From: Octopus sinensis
Taxonomy: Eukaryota
Direction: 5' to 3'
Length of the DNA: 64,000 nt
Assembly: GCF_006345805.1 (NCBI RefSeq)
Contig: NC_043006.1
Location: 94,736,001 to 94,800,000, forward strand
Shown: in pieces, positions 12,060 through 25,759 of the stretch
How positions within the stretch are numbered: position 1 is the stretch's first letter
Layout: every line of letters starts with the position of its first letter
Program-made: the position numbers and the translations under genes
The notes under the pieces: model-generated
Database searches by the model: none
Told to the model about the DNA's origin: nothing
The model's input: only the letters and a program-made list of their open reading frames with translations

Positions 12060-12842
12060 ACGCAAAAATGGAAATAACACTGACATCTTATTTTAACCGG
12101 TATATTTACTAAAATTACATAACAATATTTTGAAATACTAAAGAGTAAATTTATTCAATGAAATCGCCATTGGCTTCAACCACGTTCCTCCAGACGTCTT
12201 CGGAATGTCCTGCAACTCTTCTGGACAGTCTAGTTGTTTAAGTTGGTCAATGCTGCCATAATTCTTGCCTTCAGTGTTTGGTGTTACAGTAATCAAGGGG
12301 GTTGCAGATGGTGAGTTAGGTAGCCAGATGATAGGGGTGATGTGGTTGCATAAATTGTCTGACAGCTTTGACTGGGTACCCCTGCTTGTGTCGTATGGTG
12401 CAGAGTTCTGTTGCCAAACATAGTGTCTTCTAGTATCCATCCTCTTGACCCAAGGCAGCACTGCCTCTTCCAGGCACTTGATATAAGCTGCCGCGTTGAG
12501 TCTGAGGCCGTGTGGGAAGCTGAATGGAGGTATAACGTCACCATCACTAGAAATCAAACCAAACACCAGAATGTTGACTGGATGTTTGATTTTTATCACT
12601 CTCGGTACATCTGTCCTCAGATTGTACTGTCCTCAAATTCAGATCCAAACACTCTGAAATGTTCGTATCAGTACTTCCGACACGAAAACCAAGAAGTACA
12701 GATGTCGTTTCCAAATTTCCGGCAGACTGAATTGCGTCATGGTACTCTTTTTCTCACAGACGGTGTCTAACTGACCCTACTATACTGTTTAGTCGACAAA
12801 ACCCAAACAAACAATATGGTGACAATTTACTTATCGCAGATT
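12060..12842 (-). mobile_element. Decayed Tc1/mariner-superfamily transposon (maT/DD37D-like)
   Basis: ORF 12138-12599 gives KHPVNILVFGLISSDG..YVWQQNSAP..WLPNSP, the DDD/E catalytic-domain motifs (QQDSAP, WPPNSPD), mutated and internally deleted. Confidence 0.8.
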
Positions 12843-12990
12843 GTATAAATATATTATAAATGCATTCCAATATATATATTATATGTATATATATATATGT
12901 ATAATATATATGTATACATATATATATATATATAATATATATAATATATATCTATATATATATATGTATGTATATATATATAAATATATA

Positions 12991-13037
<47 letters not shown>

Positions 13038-13420
13038 GTAGATAAAATATATATATATAGATGCAACACGCACACGCACACATATATAGGTGTTGCTCCA
13101 GCTTGGCCGCTGTCAAATGGCTGATACGAGTAAAAGAATAAAACAATATGTACACATACACACACACACAAACACACACACACACATGTAATTATCTTTC
13201 TTTCATATTCAGAGTCTGTCGCATTTGCCACTAGGCGTTCGTTTACCTTCATTTATCATCTTTGGAAGCAAATACAACTTCAGCAAATAAAGAATTTCTC
13301 TTGTAAAACATTCTGAATAACTTTATTCGTCTTTGTTGACCAAATTCATGCCGTTAGCCATTCTGAATAATTCCTCTCAGCGCATTGTGTTCTACGTCGC
13401 CACACAAACTTATACATACA

Positions 13421-13503
<83 letters not shown>

Positions 13504-13544
13504 ATATCTATCTGTTTATCTATCTATCTATTTATCTCTCTCTC

Positions 13545-13625
<81 letters not shown>

Positions 13626-14297
13626 CATACACATACATATATATTATATATTTTATATATATTACACAAATGCACACGCATAGATGCACATACACATACA
13701 ATCATACATACATACACACACACGCACATATATATTATGCATACATGTACACGCACTTATACACACACATACAACATATTACATACATCAACTCACAGAA
13801 AGAATACTTCTTAAAATATGACAAAAATACATTTCTTTTTGTAGAATATTTCCAAAGATCCAAATAAAGGAACACTAGCCAGAGAATATATAAATTGATA
13901 TAAAGTTATGTCATCTAACTGAAACCTAACCAATGCGGCGCAGATATATCAAAATATGTATCACATGCCTGGGTACTATACATGTTTGTAATATCTAGTT
14001 GTGTATTATTAACGCAAGCAGAATCTTCTTCAGTTGGAAACCAAATAAAATATATTTAAATTGATCTAAGTATTGATCTGCTGAGTACAAATAAACGGTA
14101 TTTGCAATATCTGGTCTTTAATATAAATAAATTTTATTTGTTCCCGGTTGATGAATATTTTTCGTGGGTTTCTAATATACACCCTACTAAGGGAAACACT
14201 TGTTTGTCCATTGTATGCAGTATAAATCTGTTTTAATATATCTGGTTCGCGTTGGTTTCCATAGAATAAAATCTATGTATAATATGTACATATATAT

Positions 14298-14348
<51 letters not shown>

Positions 14349-14411
14349 TACAGTGAGAGATATACGGTAAGAGAAAGGCATTCTTAAATATATCTATATA
14401 CGTAACATGGC

Positions 14412-14464
<53 letters not shown>

Positions 14465-14480
14465 ATAATATATATATATA

Positions 14481-14995
14481 AATTAACAGAATGAGGTACA
14501 AGATCGAAGGCTATAATAATAGTTTTCAGAACATTTATAAAGATGTCTTACAGCTGTTTCCGGCATATTTTATATATCCCTTCATCGGAGACAGTGCGAG
14601 AAAATGTTGATGTAATAGTTATTATTGAGAAAATATGAAATACAGAGTGAAGGGGAGGGATGAAAATAGACGTGAGATACGTAAGGATATTTTATTTGCA
14701 GTTCCATTATTAAAGCAAAATTATGTATATATAAGAACTCACACAGAAAATACATTGTGCATAGATAATGGAACTGCAAATAAAATATCCTTACGTATCT
14801 CACGTCTATTTTCATTCCTCCACTTCACTCTGTGTTTCATATCTTCTGTATAATAACTATTACTTAAGCATTTTCTCGCACCATCTCTGATGACGGGCTA
14901 TATAAAATATCCCGGAAACAGCTGTAAGACCTCTTTTTAAATGTTCTGAAAACTATTCACAGACTTAGATTTTTTATCTCATTCTATTAATTTTT
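14481..14995. mobile_element. Ribozyme-bearing palindromic element in (TA)n
   Basis: Arms ~14481-14710 and ~14765-14995 are diverged reverse complements with a ~55-bp spacer. Confidence 0.85.
14884..14929 (+). ncRNA. Type I hammerhead ribozyme
   Basis: tct-CTGATGA-cggg..cccg-GAAA-cagctg-TA-aga. The antisense-arm copy (14544-14593) has a CCGATGA core and stem I tgtct/agaca. Confidence 0.85.
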
Positions 14996-15147
14996 ATATA
15001 TATACATGCTAATACACGACGTACGTTGGATTCCTCATTCGTATCATTATCGAAACTGAAGCTTAACCATAGAATTACCTGATACCTTTGGGTCTTCTTG
15101 GACACCGATACCTCTCATGCCCATTATATATATATATATATATATAC

Positions 15148-15310
15148 ATGACGGGCTTCTTTCACTTTCGTCTACGAAACCCACTACAAGGTTCTGATCA
15201 GCCCGAAGCTATAGTAGATGACACTTGCCCAAGGCGCCACGCAGTGGGATTGAACCCGGAACCACGTGGTTAGGAAGCAAGCTTCTTACCCTACTGCTAT
15301 TCCTACGCCT
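15148..15310 (-). mobile_element. tRNA/CORE-like SINE, 5' half
   Basis: Same head sequence as 2020-2185. Confidence 0.8.
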
Positions 15311-15399
15311 TATATATATAAATATAATGTATCTATGTATGTATATGTGCATGTATGTGTGTGTCTGCATGAATACATATACATATACATACATATATG

Positions 15400-15451
<52 letters not shown>

Positions 15452-15490
15452 ATATATAATATATATATGATAGAGTGAGAGAGAAAGGGG

Positions 15491-15578
<88 letters not shown>

Positions 15579-15594
15579 CAGTCAGACAGACAGA

Positions 15595-16975
15595 CAGTTT
15601 GTTGCTTATTTGTGTTAGGTGTATGCGATATAGGGGGAATTAGTTTTTGCATCTTCTGCTGTTTTTCCTGTATCTCCACTTTTTGTTTTGTTGTCGGTTA
15701 CTGGTGTTGTTTTCACTGTCATTTGTTTTGAAGGTGGTGTGGGTAGCAGGGCTTTCTTGCAGGTTTTGGAATTGGTTGTTGTTATTGTTGCTGTTCTTTG
15801 TTTTTAACGGCAGTTGGACAATCATAATTTAGATGTATCTCACTGTTGCACATGTAGCATCATAGCCTCCTGCCCTCCACCACTACATACAACTTGTATC
15901 CTTCTGCTAATTCGATATTTGTTGGTAAATTATTTATCGATTCTTGATTGATTTGCAATAAGATTTCGAGCTTTTTACCTGCCCAGTTTGGCTGTTCAAG
16001 GACAGCAATTTCTAAAATATTGTGCTTCCTCCCTTTCGAAACAAATGGCCGATAACAGCCCCTGCGTCTCTACTTCTGGAGGCACATTTTATATTGTTAC
16101 TGTTGGCAATCTTCGCCCAAGATAGCTGGTATTCATTGTTAGCTGATCTGTGCGAAGAGTGAGTGTCGAAAATTGTCTCGCTAATTCTTCGCTGTGGAAG
16201 CGAACTTGAACAGTGGCAAATTTATGCCACCAATTGACGTAATCCTTATGTGTCCATACAGGGCGAAGATACTTCTCAAGTTTTCCTCTGCTGCGTTTTC
16301 TGTATTTTTGGTTTTGTATTCAATATTTTGTATATGATTGCTTTTTTTTCTGTATTTCTTCTATATCCTGTGGGATGTTTAAGTGTAAGGCTTCGCCTTA
16401 TTTGTGGAGTGGTGATTTAGTGTCTTTTATTTATTGGGTGGTGAACGATGCCATCTTATTTTTTGTCGTATCGCTTCAGCTAAATTTGCTTTTTCTTTTG
16501 CGGTGGTGGTGGTGGTGGTGGTAGTGCTAGTGTTGGTGGCAGCGTTGTCCATTGTAGCAGTTGACGGTGGAGTTGCATTGGTGTTGTTGGCATTCTCATT
16601 TTTTGAGGTCGACGGCTTTGCGACAATATCGCTGTTGTTACTTGTGTGGGTAGCGGTGTTGGCATTCTTGCTCACACTTGTACCTGCGCGTGTGAGACTT
16701 CTCCTCTTATTCCCTCCTTCATGAAGCTGTGGTGAAGGCAGTGTTGGGAAATCAACGTCAAACGAGTTGCCAAGGTGGCCGGCGTTCGTTACAAAACCGT
16801 CTTCATGTCTTGAAGACGCTATACTCAAAACAAAAATGGCTAAGAAAGTCGAAAACAAATTCACAAAATCGGAAAACACGCCACACAAGGCAGGTTTCCC
16901 GTGCAAACAATTTGCACGATCGAAATTATTAGTTGTTGCACAACTTTTATATGAGAATATTTAACAATACACAAT
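15595..16975 (-). pseudogene. Decayed gag-like ORF1 of a Tx1/L1-type retroelement with a CCHC zinc knuckle; no ORF2 follows
   Basis: The - strand gives KFATVQVRFHSEELARQFST and LYVVVEGRRL*CYMCNSEIHLNYDCP (CX2CX4HX4C at 15818-15859), with stops and frameshifts. Confidence 0.65.
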
Positions 16976-17031
16976 TTTCATCGCAAAAATGCAAACATAC
17001 TCGGAGTCGATGTGACTATCGTTCTTCCATA

Positions 17032-17073
<42 letters not shown>

Positions 17074-17088
17074 ATAATATATATATAT

Positions 17089-17125
<37 letters not shown>

Positions 17126-17207
17126 CCGATAGACAGATAGATAGATAAACAGACAGACACATAGATAGATAGACAGACAGACAGACAGAAAGATAAGATA
17201 GATAGAT

Positions 17208-17248
<41 letters not shown>

Positions 17249-17286
17249 ACAGAGAGGCAGGCAGACACATAGACAGACAGACAGAC

Positions 17287-17335
<49 letters not shown>

Positions 17336-17352
17336 TAGATAGACATACAGAC

Positions 17353-17390
<38 letters not shown>

Positions 17391-18117
17391 TGTGAGAGAG
17401 AGAGAGAGAAAGAGAGAGAGCGAGAGAGAGAGAGAGATACATATATGTATGAATGGATGTATGGATGTATTCATATTTTTTACACACGCTTTCGTACATA
17501 CGAACACCACTGAGATATCCTCCAATCAACTCACATCTTTTGCACTGCTGATGCGTTTAGCTATCTGCGTCCCAAAAGGTTATGCGATACAGTCATGTGA
17601 TGTGATATCGTCATACGATCCTGCGCGCACGCGTATTGTTTTATGTCCTCAAGGGACGGATGCTTATTTGCTGTATTTCACCGGATACTGTGTAATTAGA
17701 TCAGCTTGCCAAACCGTGAGGAACGGAGCAATACGTGTATTATCGATGAAAACGGCAGTGGTGGTGATGCTGTGGTTGGTTTTGTTTTATCAGAGATGTA
17801 GCAGAACATATAGTCCTTTGATGAAGGTCCACTCCTTCTATAGCGCTACCGTATTTTCTTCTGTGCTACTGTAATTTAGGAATCATTATGAAAGTTGTTC
17901 TTTTAACAGTACGTGCTGTGTGGTAGGAGAGAGATTGCCTGCTATTTTTAGCAGGTAGTTTCAGTGGCGGATCTACTATAAGACTAACGAAGTATAAGCT
18001 TCAGGGTTCCTAATACCGGATTGGCCCCTCTGATCAACTTAAGTTTTTAATTCTGCCTCTATATTTCTTTTTGTATTTTGCCATACACACAGGGCCGATA
18101 GACTGAGAAAAAGTTTT

Positions 18118-18268
18118 AGCTGTGTGGTAAGTAGCTTGCTTACCAACCATGTGGTTCCGGGTTCAGTCTCACTGCGTGGCACCTTGGGCTAGTAACTTCT
18201 ACTATAGCCTTGGGCAGACCAAAGTCTTGTGACTGGATTTGGTAGACAGAAACTGAAAGAAGCCTGTC

Positions 18269-18341
<73 letters not shown>

Positions 18342-18545
18342 CTTGTGTATCTGTTTGTCCCCTCCAGCATCGCATGCCAACCGATGCTGGTGTGTTTACC
18401 AAGCGGTTCGGCAAGAGAACCGATAGAATAAGTACTAGGCTTACAAAGAATAAGTCCTGGGGTCGATTTGTTCGACTAAAAGCGGTGCTCCAGCATGGCT
18501 GCAGTCAAATGACTGAAACAAGTAGAAGAATAAAGGAATAAAAAA
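18118..18545 (+). mobile_element. Near full-length tRNA/CORE-like SINE
   Basis: Head, CORE-like segment, microsatellite and tail are all present. Confidence 0.9.
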
Positions 18546-19014
18546 TCTCTACACCAGTCTCCTAAAAAGGGATGGTGCTTGTGAAATAACCTTTCTGTAT
18601 TGTTGTGAAGTTGTTTAGGCCCAGATAAGTTTGAGTCAAGGCATTCCAACCGTGATCATTCCGTCTCTGTTTTGCTAACTCTCTATGACGAAGTCACTTA
18701 ATGTGTTCTTAGATTTTAAAACACCAGTATTTGATCTAAGGGAGATTTAGGCTGCTATTTCTTGTATGACGAACGTCCACTTCGATTCGCAGCCTGCCGT
18801 TGGCAAGTATGTGATGTTGCTGCTGCTGCTACTGCTACGGGTTATTGTTGTTTAACCCCGACAGAGCTAGGCAGGAGGCCTATAACTGCAGATATTTCAG
18901 CGGGTACAAATCCCATTATCTAATGTGGCGTTATTTAAGTTGATATTGTGCAATGTAGGAAAGATGTGCTATCAGGCCCAGTGATCAGGCAGAAGACATC
19001 TCTCTTACTCTCTC

Positions 19015-19200
19015 ATTTATACTATAGCCCCGGGCCGACCAAAGCCTTGAGAGTGGATTTGGTAGATGGAAACTGAAAGAAGCCCGTCGTATATATGTAT
19101 ATATATATATATATATACACATACACATATATATTTTTTTTAAATTTATATTTTATCTAGTTTCAGCTCACGAGCTGTAGCCATGCTGGGGCACCGCGAC

Positions 19201-19238
<38 letters not shown>

Positions 19239-19500
19239 GAATGTATGTATGTATGTATGTATGTATGTATGTATGTATGTATGTATGTATGTATGTGTGT
19301 GTGTCTCTATATTTGTTTCCCCAACATCGCTTGACAACAGATGCTGGTGTGTTTACGTCCCCGTAACTTAGAGGTTCGGCAAAATAGACCGATAGAATAA
19401 GTACTAGGCTTACAAAGAACAAGTCCTGGGGTCGGTTTTCTCGACTAAAGGCGGTGCTGCAGCATGGCCACAGTCAAATGACTGAAACAAGTAAAAGAGT
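19015..19500 (+). mobile_element. 5'-truncated SINE with an antisense LINE-tail fragment (~19145-19198) in its microsatellite
   Basis: SINE body and tail on +; gcggtgccccagcatggctacagctcgtgagctgaaactaga on -. Confidence 0.8.
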
Positions 19501-20122
19501 AATGGTGGTAGTTGTAGTGGCTGTATTTGTTGTAGTTGTGATTGCATCTCTTAATGGCACTTGCGGCCGCGATGATGATGATGGCAGTGGTTGTGTTGGT
19601 GGTAGAAATGTGGTTGGCCAGAAGTAGCATCTGTGCATGCTAAGTTTTCGTAGTGTTGAGGGAGTGATTGTGGTGGCAGAGGTGGTGATGGCGCTAGCGT
19701 TGGTCGTGGCTATTGTGCGATGTCCAGTTGATTTGTCTTGGTCGTTCTGATGTTTATTGTTTTGATTGTTGCTGGTAGTGGTCTTCGTTGCGATGATTGC
19801 AGTGGTGGTTGTGGTGGAAATAATGGTATGGTAGTGATGGTGATGCTGCAGAGAGTTCCACTGTTAGAGGTGAACGCTGCTCTGCTTTCTAACTGTAAAC
19901 CAGACCCCATTGTGATTATATATGCCCCCTACATTCCTTCGTCTTCATCTTCTCTGGATACAACAATAATAGTGCAGGTTGCTTTATATTCCATATTTAC
20001 AAGACAGAAACAGCCGAGAGGTTGGACGCAATAAGCGATACATCACTCTCTATTTAACTACTTTTCTGTTGGCAATGTGACAAATTCAAAACTTGTCTAG
20101 TCTGTGTGTGTGTGTGTGTGTG

Positions 20123-20166
<44 letters not shown>

Positions 20167-21570
20167 GTGTGTGTGTTTGTATGCATTGTATGTGTCTTGC
20201 TTTTTCCTGGTGTGGCCCTCTATGTTTTTCATTTTGGCACATATTGATGTGTGCCAAAATGAATTAGCCACAATGCGTGGCCTATTTGGTTTCGAAATTC
20301 AGTCGGTAAAATTGCTTAGTTTCAAGAAATGCAGTCCCTAAAACATGTTGGGACCCCAAAAATGAAACAAAACAAACTCTGGGAAGTATATTTCTATTTT
20401 GGACAAAAAAAAAAGAGCACAAAGAAGAGCCACACAACAATGTCTACATTGTGTCTATAAACCGTCGAACTACGGATGCGAATGTGACCGTACAATAACA
20501 CCTTGCCAACTAAGTGTCGACTAAAAGCGTTCCTTGGGAGTTCCATAGAAGTGGATACCATACGAGGTCTTCAATTGCTGAACCACTCCTTTCCCACATC
20601 AGCATTCATAAGAAGAGAGAAAATGTTGTTAAATGGATTAACTCCACCAGGAAAGACGTTAGGCCCCAAAGAGCCAGAATCAAACCCCACAAAGCGTTTC
20701 CTAAGATTCTTTTACAATTTCGCTAATATTCTTTCCTTAATCGGTAACTTTACTACATTTTACAGAACACGAAAGGGTGTAAAAGAATGTTAGCTTTTGG
20801 TGAGAATGAACTCTGATCGTGAAAAGCAGGAACAAATTTTGTTTCAAAATTAGACACAAAACAAGTAATTTTGGGGGCAGATGGAAAATCGATAACATTA
20901 GCCCACGTACTTGAATGTCGCAGTTATTGACCCTCGAGAATGTAACGCATTTGAACTCAGAATGTAAAGAGCCGGAAAATAATGCCTGGAAATATTTATC
21001 CCAACGCTTTTACAATTCTACGAACTGACTGGAAAAAAAAATAATGGCTTAAAAGTTTTGGCTCAAGACCAGCATTGCTGAGGTGGAAGTCAATTCAGTG
21101 CTCAATCGGTTCTTATTATCGATCCCAAAGGATGAAAGGCAAAAACCACACTCGGTGGAAAACAGAACAAAAAGTATTTCCTAAATGTTTGGCAAAAGGC
21201 TATAATTTTGATGGGAGAGAGAAATCGATTAGACTTACCTCAATATTTTACTGATACTATACACTGCTGACCTCGTAAGGATGGAAGGCAACTTCGACCA
21301 CGGTGGCATTTGAAGTCAGATCGTAAAAGCGAAAGGAATGCTGGTAAGTGTTTTGCCGTCTGACGCAGTAATAATTCTGCCAGCTCAGCGCTTTTCACCG
21401 GAACAAATAACGGTTTTAAATTTTGAAACAGCTCCAGCAGTTTTTGATGAGAGGGCAACAAGTCAATTACATCAGTCCCAATACTTGACTAGTACTTTAA
21501 TTTATAGACACCAAAAGGAAATTTATTTAACTATTTATTTCTGTTACTAAATTTTCTACAGCCACATACA

Positions 21571-21970
21571 TCTTTATATATAAAAGAGAAGTTGTGTGTC
21601 TGTCTCCTACGATTTAGATTCCTAACTACTCCCACATTTTGCGGTGCAGTTTAACCAAAAGCGGGTATCTTATAGTCGTGATTCATATCGAGCTCTTCTC
21701 TGTATTAGCGCGCATCTACGATGAATCTACGATTTTAAAAAACAATTACCATCATTTTTTCCCCTTTTTAATGCATATTTTCGCTATTATATATGGGAAG
21801 TAACTCTCTAAAAATGTATACGATGAGTCAACGATTTAAAAAAAAAATTTACCATCATTTTTTTCCCATTTTTAATACATTTTTTTGCTATTTTTTTGCT
21901 ATAACTCTCTAAAAATGCTTATATAGTTATTTCCCTTACAAACCCGAGCAACGCCAGGCGATACTGCTAG
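21571..21970 (+). mobile_element. Non-autonomous Helitron
   Basis: A|TC 5' end, 3' GC-rich hairpin region and CTAG|T; no TSD. A homologous copy lies at 46809-47177. Confidence 0.8.
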
Positions 21971-22009
21971 TATTCTATAACTACCATTTATCAATCAGGT
22001 ACTGGACTA

Positions 22010-22192
22010 GGATTCCGGTTTTTTTTTTACTTAATTTCTGAGAGCGGTTGGGTCTATTTTTAGTATTCTCGTTTGCGAGAGCGGTCAAATATATTTCAGA
22101 TATTCTCATTTTAAAAATCATTTCTGGCTAATCGTTGAGAGGACGTTGGTGTTGCCTTGGCGGAGGTTTGCGCTCTCTGAGTGCTCTGTTAG
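22010..22192 (+). mobile_element. Helentron-associated (HINE/DINE-1-like) 3' fragment
   Basis: Subterminal motif ccttggcggaggt (22155-22167) followed by the hairpin gcgctc-tct-gagtgc. Confidence 0.55.
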
Positions 22193-22371
22193 ATATTTTT
22201 TCCAGATAATTTTTCCATTCTGTAGGACAATTTCAGTGGTGTTTGAAAAATAGAGCACAATACAGAAAATAGAGAAGACTAAGAAAAAATGGCGTCGAGA
22301 CAGGTATACGTACTGTCAAAACGTCTTTACGTCATTGAGTTGTCTATGAAATATACAATCAATTTGTCTGC

Positions 22372-22458
<87 letters not shown>

Positions 22459-22870
22459 CCTACCTATCTATCTATCTATCCGCCTATCTATCTATTTACA
22501 TATCTTTCTATCTGCCTATCTACGATTTTCTCACTATTTCGGTGACACATGCCCATCAATTTCTATTTATATGTTTTTGTAATACGTACGCAAAAACTGG
22601 CTGTACATACGAACACACGTTCACACATCTGCACGCGCACAGACTCGCATATACGCACAAAAGTTCTAATACACACACATACACACACATATATCTTTAT
22701 ATTAATATATATGCATATATATGTATTTACACGATTATTTATATATGTATATATTTATTTTATATATATATATATATATGTGTGTGTATATATCAATATA
22801 TAAGTATAATATAAATTTGAGAAAAAACACTATTATTTTCAGCACACACATACATGCATACACACACACG

Positions 22871-22971
<101 letters not shown>

Positions 22972-22974
22972 AAT

Positions 22975-23631
22975 GTGTCTTTGTGTCTGTTTGTCCCCCC
23001 ATCACCGCTTGGAAACTGGTGTTGGTGTGTTTCCGTGCCCGTAATTTAGCGGTTCGACAAATAAGACCGATAGAATCAGTACCAGGCTTAATACAAAATA
23101 AATCCTGGGGTCGATTCAGTCGACTGAATATGCTACAAGGCGGTGCGCCAGCATGGCCGCAGTCTAACGAGTGAAACAAATAAAAATCAAAAGTTAAAAG
23201 ATATATTCACAACTTTATCTTCATCTTTTACTTCTTTCAGACATTAGGCTGCGGCCATGCTACAGCACCACCTTCAAGAATTTTTAGTTGAACGATTCGA
23301 CCCCAGCACTTATTTTTTAAAAGCTTTTTATTTATTCTATCGTTCTCTTTTGCTGAACCGCTAATTTACGTGAATATAAACATGACAACACTGGCTATCA
23401 GTGGGGGTAGAACACAAACATAGATAGGACACACACACATAGGCACACATACACACACACATACACATATACGACGGGCTTCTTTCACATTTTGTCTACC
23501 AAATCTACACACAAGGATTTGGCTAGCCCGAGGTTGTAACTGTAGACACTTGCTAAGGTGCCATGCGGTGGGACTGAACATAGAAGTACGTAGTTGAGAA
23601 TCAAATTCCCCATCACACAGCTAGGCCTACG

Positions 23632-23635
<4 letters not shown>
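22975..23635. mobile_element. Two tail-to-tail SINE copies: + 3' half ~22975-23200 and - diverged full copy ~23220-23635
   Basis: SINE tail and head motifs in opposite orientations. Confidence 0.75.
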
Positions 23636-23675
<40 letters not shown>

Positions 23676-23678
<3 letters not shown>

Positions 23679-23910
23679 TCTGATCAATAAGTATCCGGAC
23701 TGTTGCTATAGTAACGTAGCTAAAGAACGCTTGGCACACATTGACCTTAATTCTAAGCACTGCTGAAAACAGCAGAAGTGGGCTAGAACGTTAAAAGTTA
23801 GTGCGCATGCACAGCAGAGTTCAAAGTCAATGTGTGCCAAGCGACTTTACTCTGTGTGCAATAGTTTTGTTTCTATGACAACAGTCCGGATACTTCTTGA
23901 TCAAGCCTCT
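23676..23910. mobile_element. Mariner-type MITE
   Basis: TIRs ggtctgatcaataagtatccggactgttg / caacagtccggatacttcttgatcaagcc; TA-flanked; internal inverted repeat cgcttggcacacattgac. Confidence 0.8.
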
Positions 23911-23941
<31 letters not shown>

Positions 23942-23999
23942 CGTATATACAGCCTCTCTATTGCTGCCTCAAGCTCTCTCTCTCACACACAAGATACAA

Positions 24000-24046
<47 letters not shown>

Positions 24047-24331
24047 TCCGTAATGAAGGATGAAATGAATAATTTGGAATAATTATCAATTACACCAAGT
24101 AGTCCTCGGCATGTAAAAGCCTCATTCGAGGAAAATTTAAGTAATACTAAGCAATAAAGGGTTTAGCAACGAATTGCCTTACCACATACCGAATTTAGAA
24201 ATAGCAGTCAAAGAGTTATAGCTATTTCTTTACTAAAAAGGGAGATCTCAGTAAAAACAGCAATTGGAAGGCAGACAAAACAGGTAAGAGAGAATGAATT
24301 GACGGCAATATATCATACAATTTTAAGTTAT

Positions 24332-24429
24332 CTACGGACGTACGTTTCGAAATCAAGTTTTTAGGAAGCATAAGAATTAAATATTAAATAATTCTATCTT
24401 ACCAAAAACTTCTTTTCTCTTCAGCGTAG
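24332..24429 (-). ncRNA. Type I hammerhead ribozyme
   Basis: ctacg-CTGAAGA-gaaa..tttc-GAAA-cgtacg-TC-cgtag on the - strand. Confidence 0.9.
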
Positions 24430-24882
24430 AATACTATAATCATAAATGATATATATTGAATTTTGAGATACTAGAAGGCACCAACTCACTCAGTATCAGA
24501 GCGAGCTAGAATCCGCAACTAGTATCACCAAATTCAATGCGTGAATGAAAAGATTGTGTCACCAGCCCCTTCCCACACGCGTGTAGCCAAAACAAGATGC
24601 TGTGGTCATCTACTGAGATAAAATATGGTTATCCGTAATAATGAAGGGTGAAATTAATTAATTTGGAATAATTATCAATTACACCAAGTAGTCCTCGGCA
24701 TGTAAAAGCCTCATTCGAGGAAAATTTAAGTAATACTAAGCAATAAAGGTGACACAATCTTTTCATTCACGCATTGAATTTGGTGATACTAGTTGCGGAT
24801 TCTAGCTCGCTCTGATATGATTGAGTTTGGTGCCTTTATGTATCTCAAAATTCAATATATAATCATTTATGATTATAGTATT

Positions 24883-24981
24883 CTACGCTGAAGAGAAAAG
24901 AAGTTTTTGGTAAGATAGAATTATTTAATATTTAATTCTTATGCTTTCCTAAAAACTTGATTTCGAAACGTACGTCCGTAG
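24883..24981 (+). ncRNA. Type I hammerhead ribozyme
   Basis: ctacg-CTGAAGA-gaaa..tttc-GAAA-cgtacg-TC-cgtag; predicted cut after 24976. Confidence 0.9.
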
Positions 24982-25475
24982 ATAACTTAAAATTGTATGA
25001 TAGATTGCCGTCAATCATTCTCTCTTACCTGTTTGTGTCTGCCTTCCAATTGCTGTTTTTACTGAGATCTCCCTTTTTAGTAGAAGAAGTAGCTATAACT
25101 CTTTGACTGCTATTTCTAAATTCGGTATGTGGTAAGGCAATTCGTTGCTAAACCCTTTATTGCTTAGTATTACTTAAATTTTCCTCGAATGAGGCTTTTA
25201 CATGCCGAGGACTACTTGGTGTAATTGATAATTATTCCAAATTAATTAATTTCACCCTTCATTATTACGGATAACCATATTTTATCTCAGTAGATGACCA
25301 CAGCATCTTGTTTTGGCTACACGCGGGTGGGAAGGGGCTGGTGACACAATCTTTTCATTCACGCATTGAATTTGGTGATACTAGTTGCGGATTCTAGCTC
25401 GCTCTGATACTGAGTTGAGTTGGTGCCTTCTAGTATTTCAAAATTCAATATATAATCATTTATGATTATAGTATT

Positions 25476-25575
25476 CTACGCTGAAGAGAAAAGAAGTTTT
25501 TGGTAAGATAGAATTATTTAATATTTAATTCTTATACTTTCCTAAAACTTGTTATTTCGAAACGTACGTCCGTAG
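25476..25575 (+). ncRNA. Type I hammerhead ribozyme
   Basis: Second tandem copy; predicted cut after 25570. Confidence 0.9.
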
Positions 25576-25759
25576 ATAACTTAAAATTGTATGATAGATT
25601 GCCGTCAATTCATTCTCTCTTACCTGTTTGTGTCTGCCTTCCAATTGCTGTTTTTACTGAGATCTCCTTTTTAGTAGAAGAAATAGCTATAACTCTTTGA
25701 CTGCTATTTCTAATTCGGTATGTGGTAAGGCAATTCGTTGCTAAACCCTTTATTGCTTA

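Noticed and set aside
13970-14040. Hammerhead on the - strand
   Set aside because: CTGAAGA is present, but GAAA reads CAAA and stem I does not pair; too decayed to call.
17392-17874. 160-aa ORF or possible - strand exon in unique sequence
   Set aside because: It starts in a microsatellite and has no recognisable domain; the - strand frames contain stops.
20400-20800. Unique-looking segment with short ORFs
   Set aside because: No recognisable motif in any frame; left unannotated.
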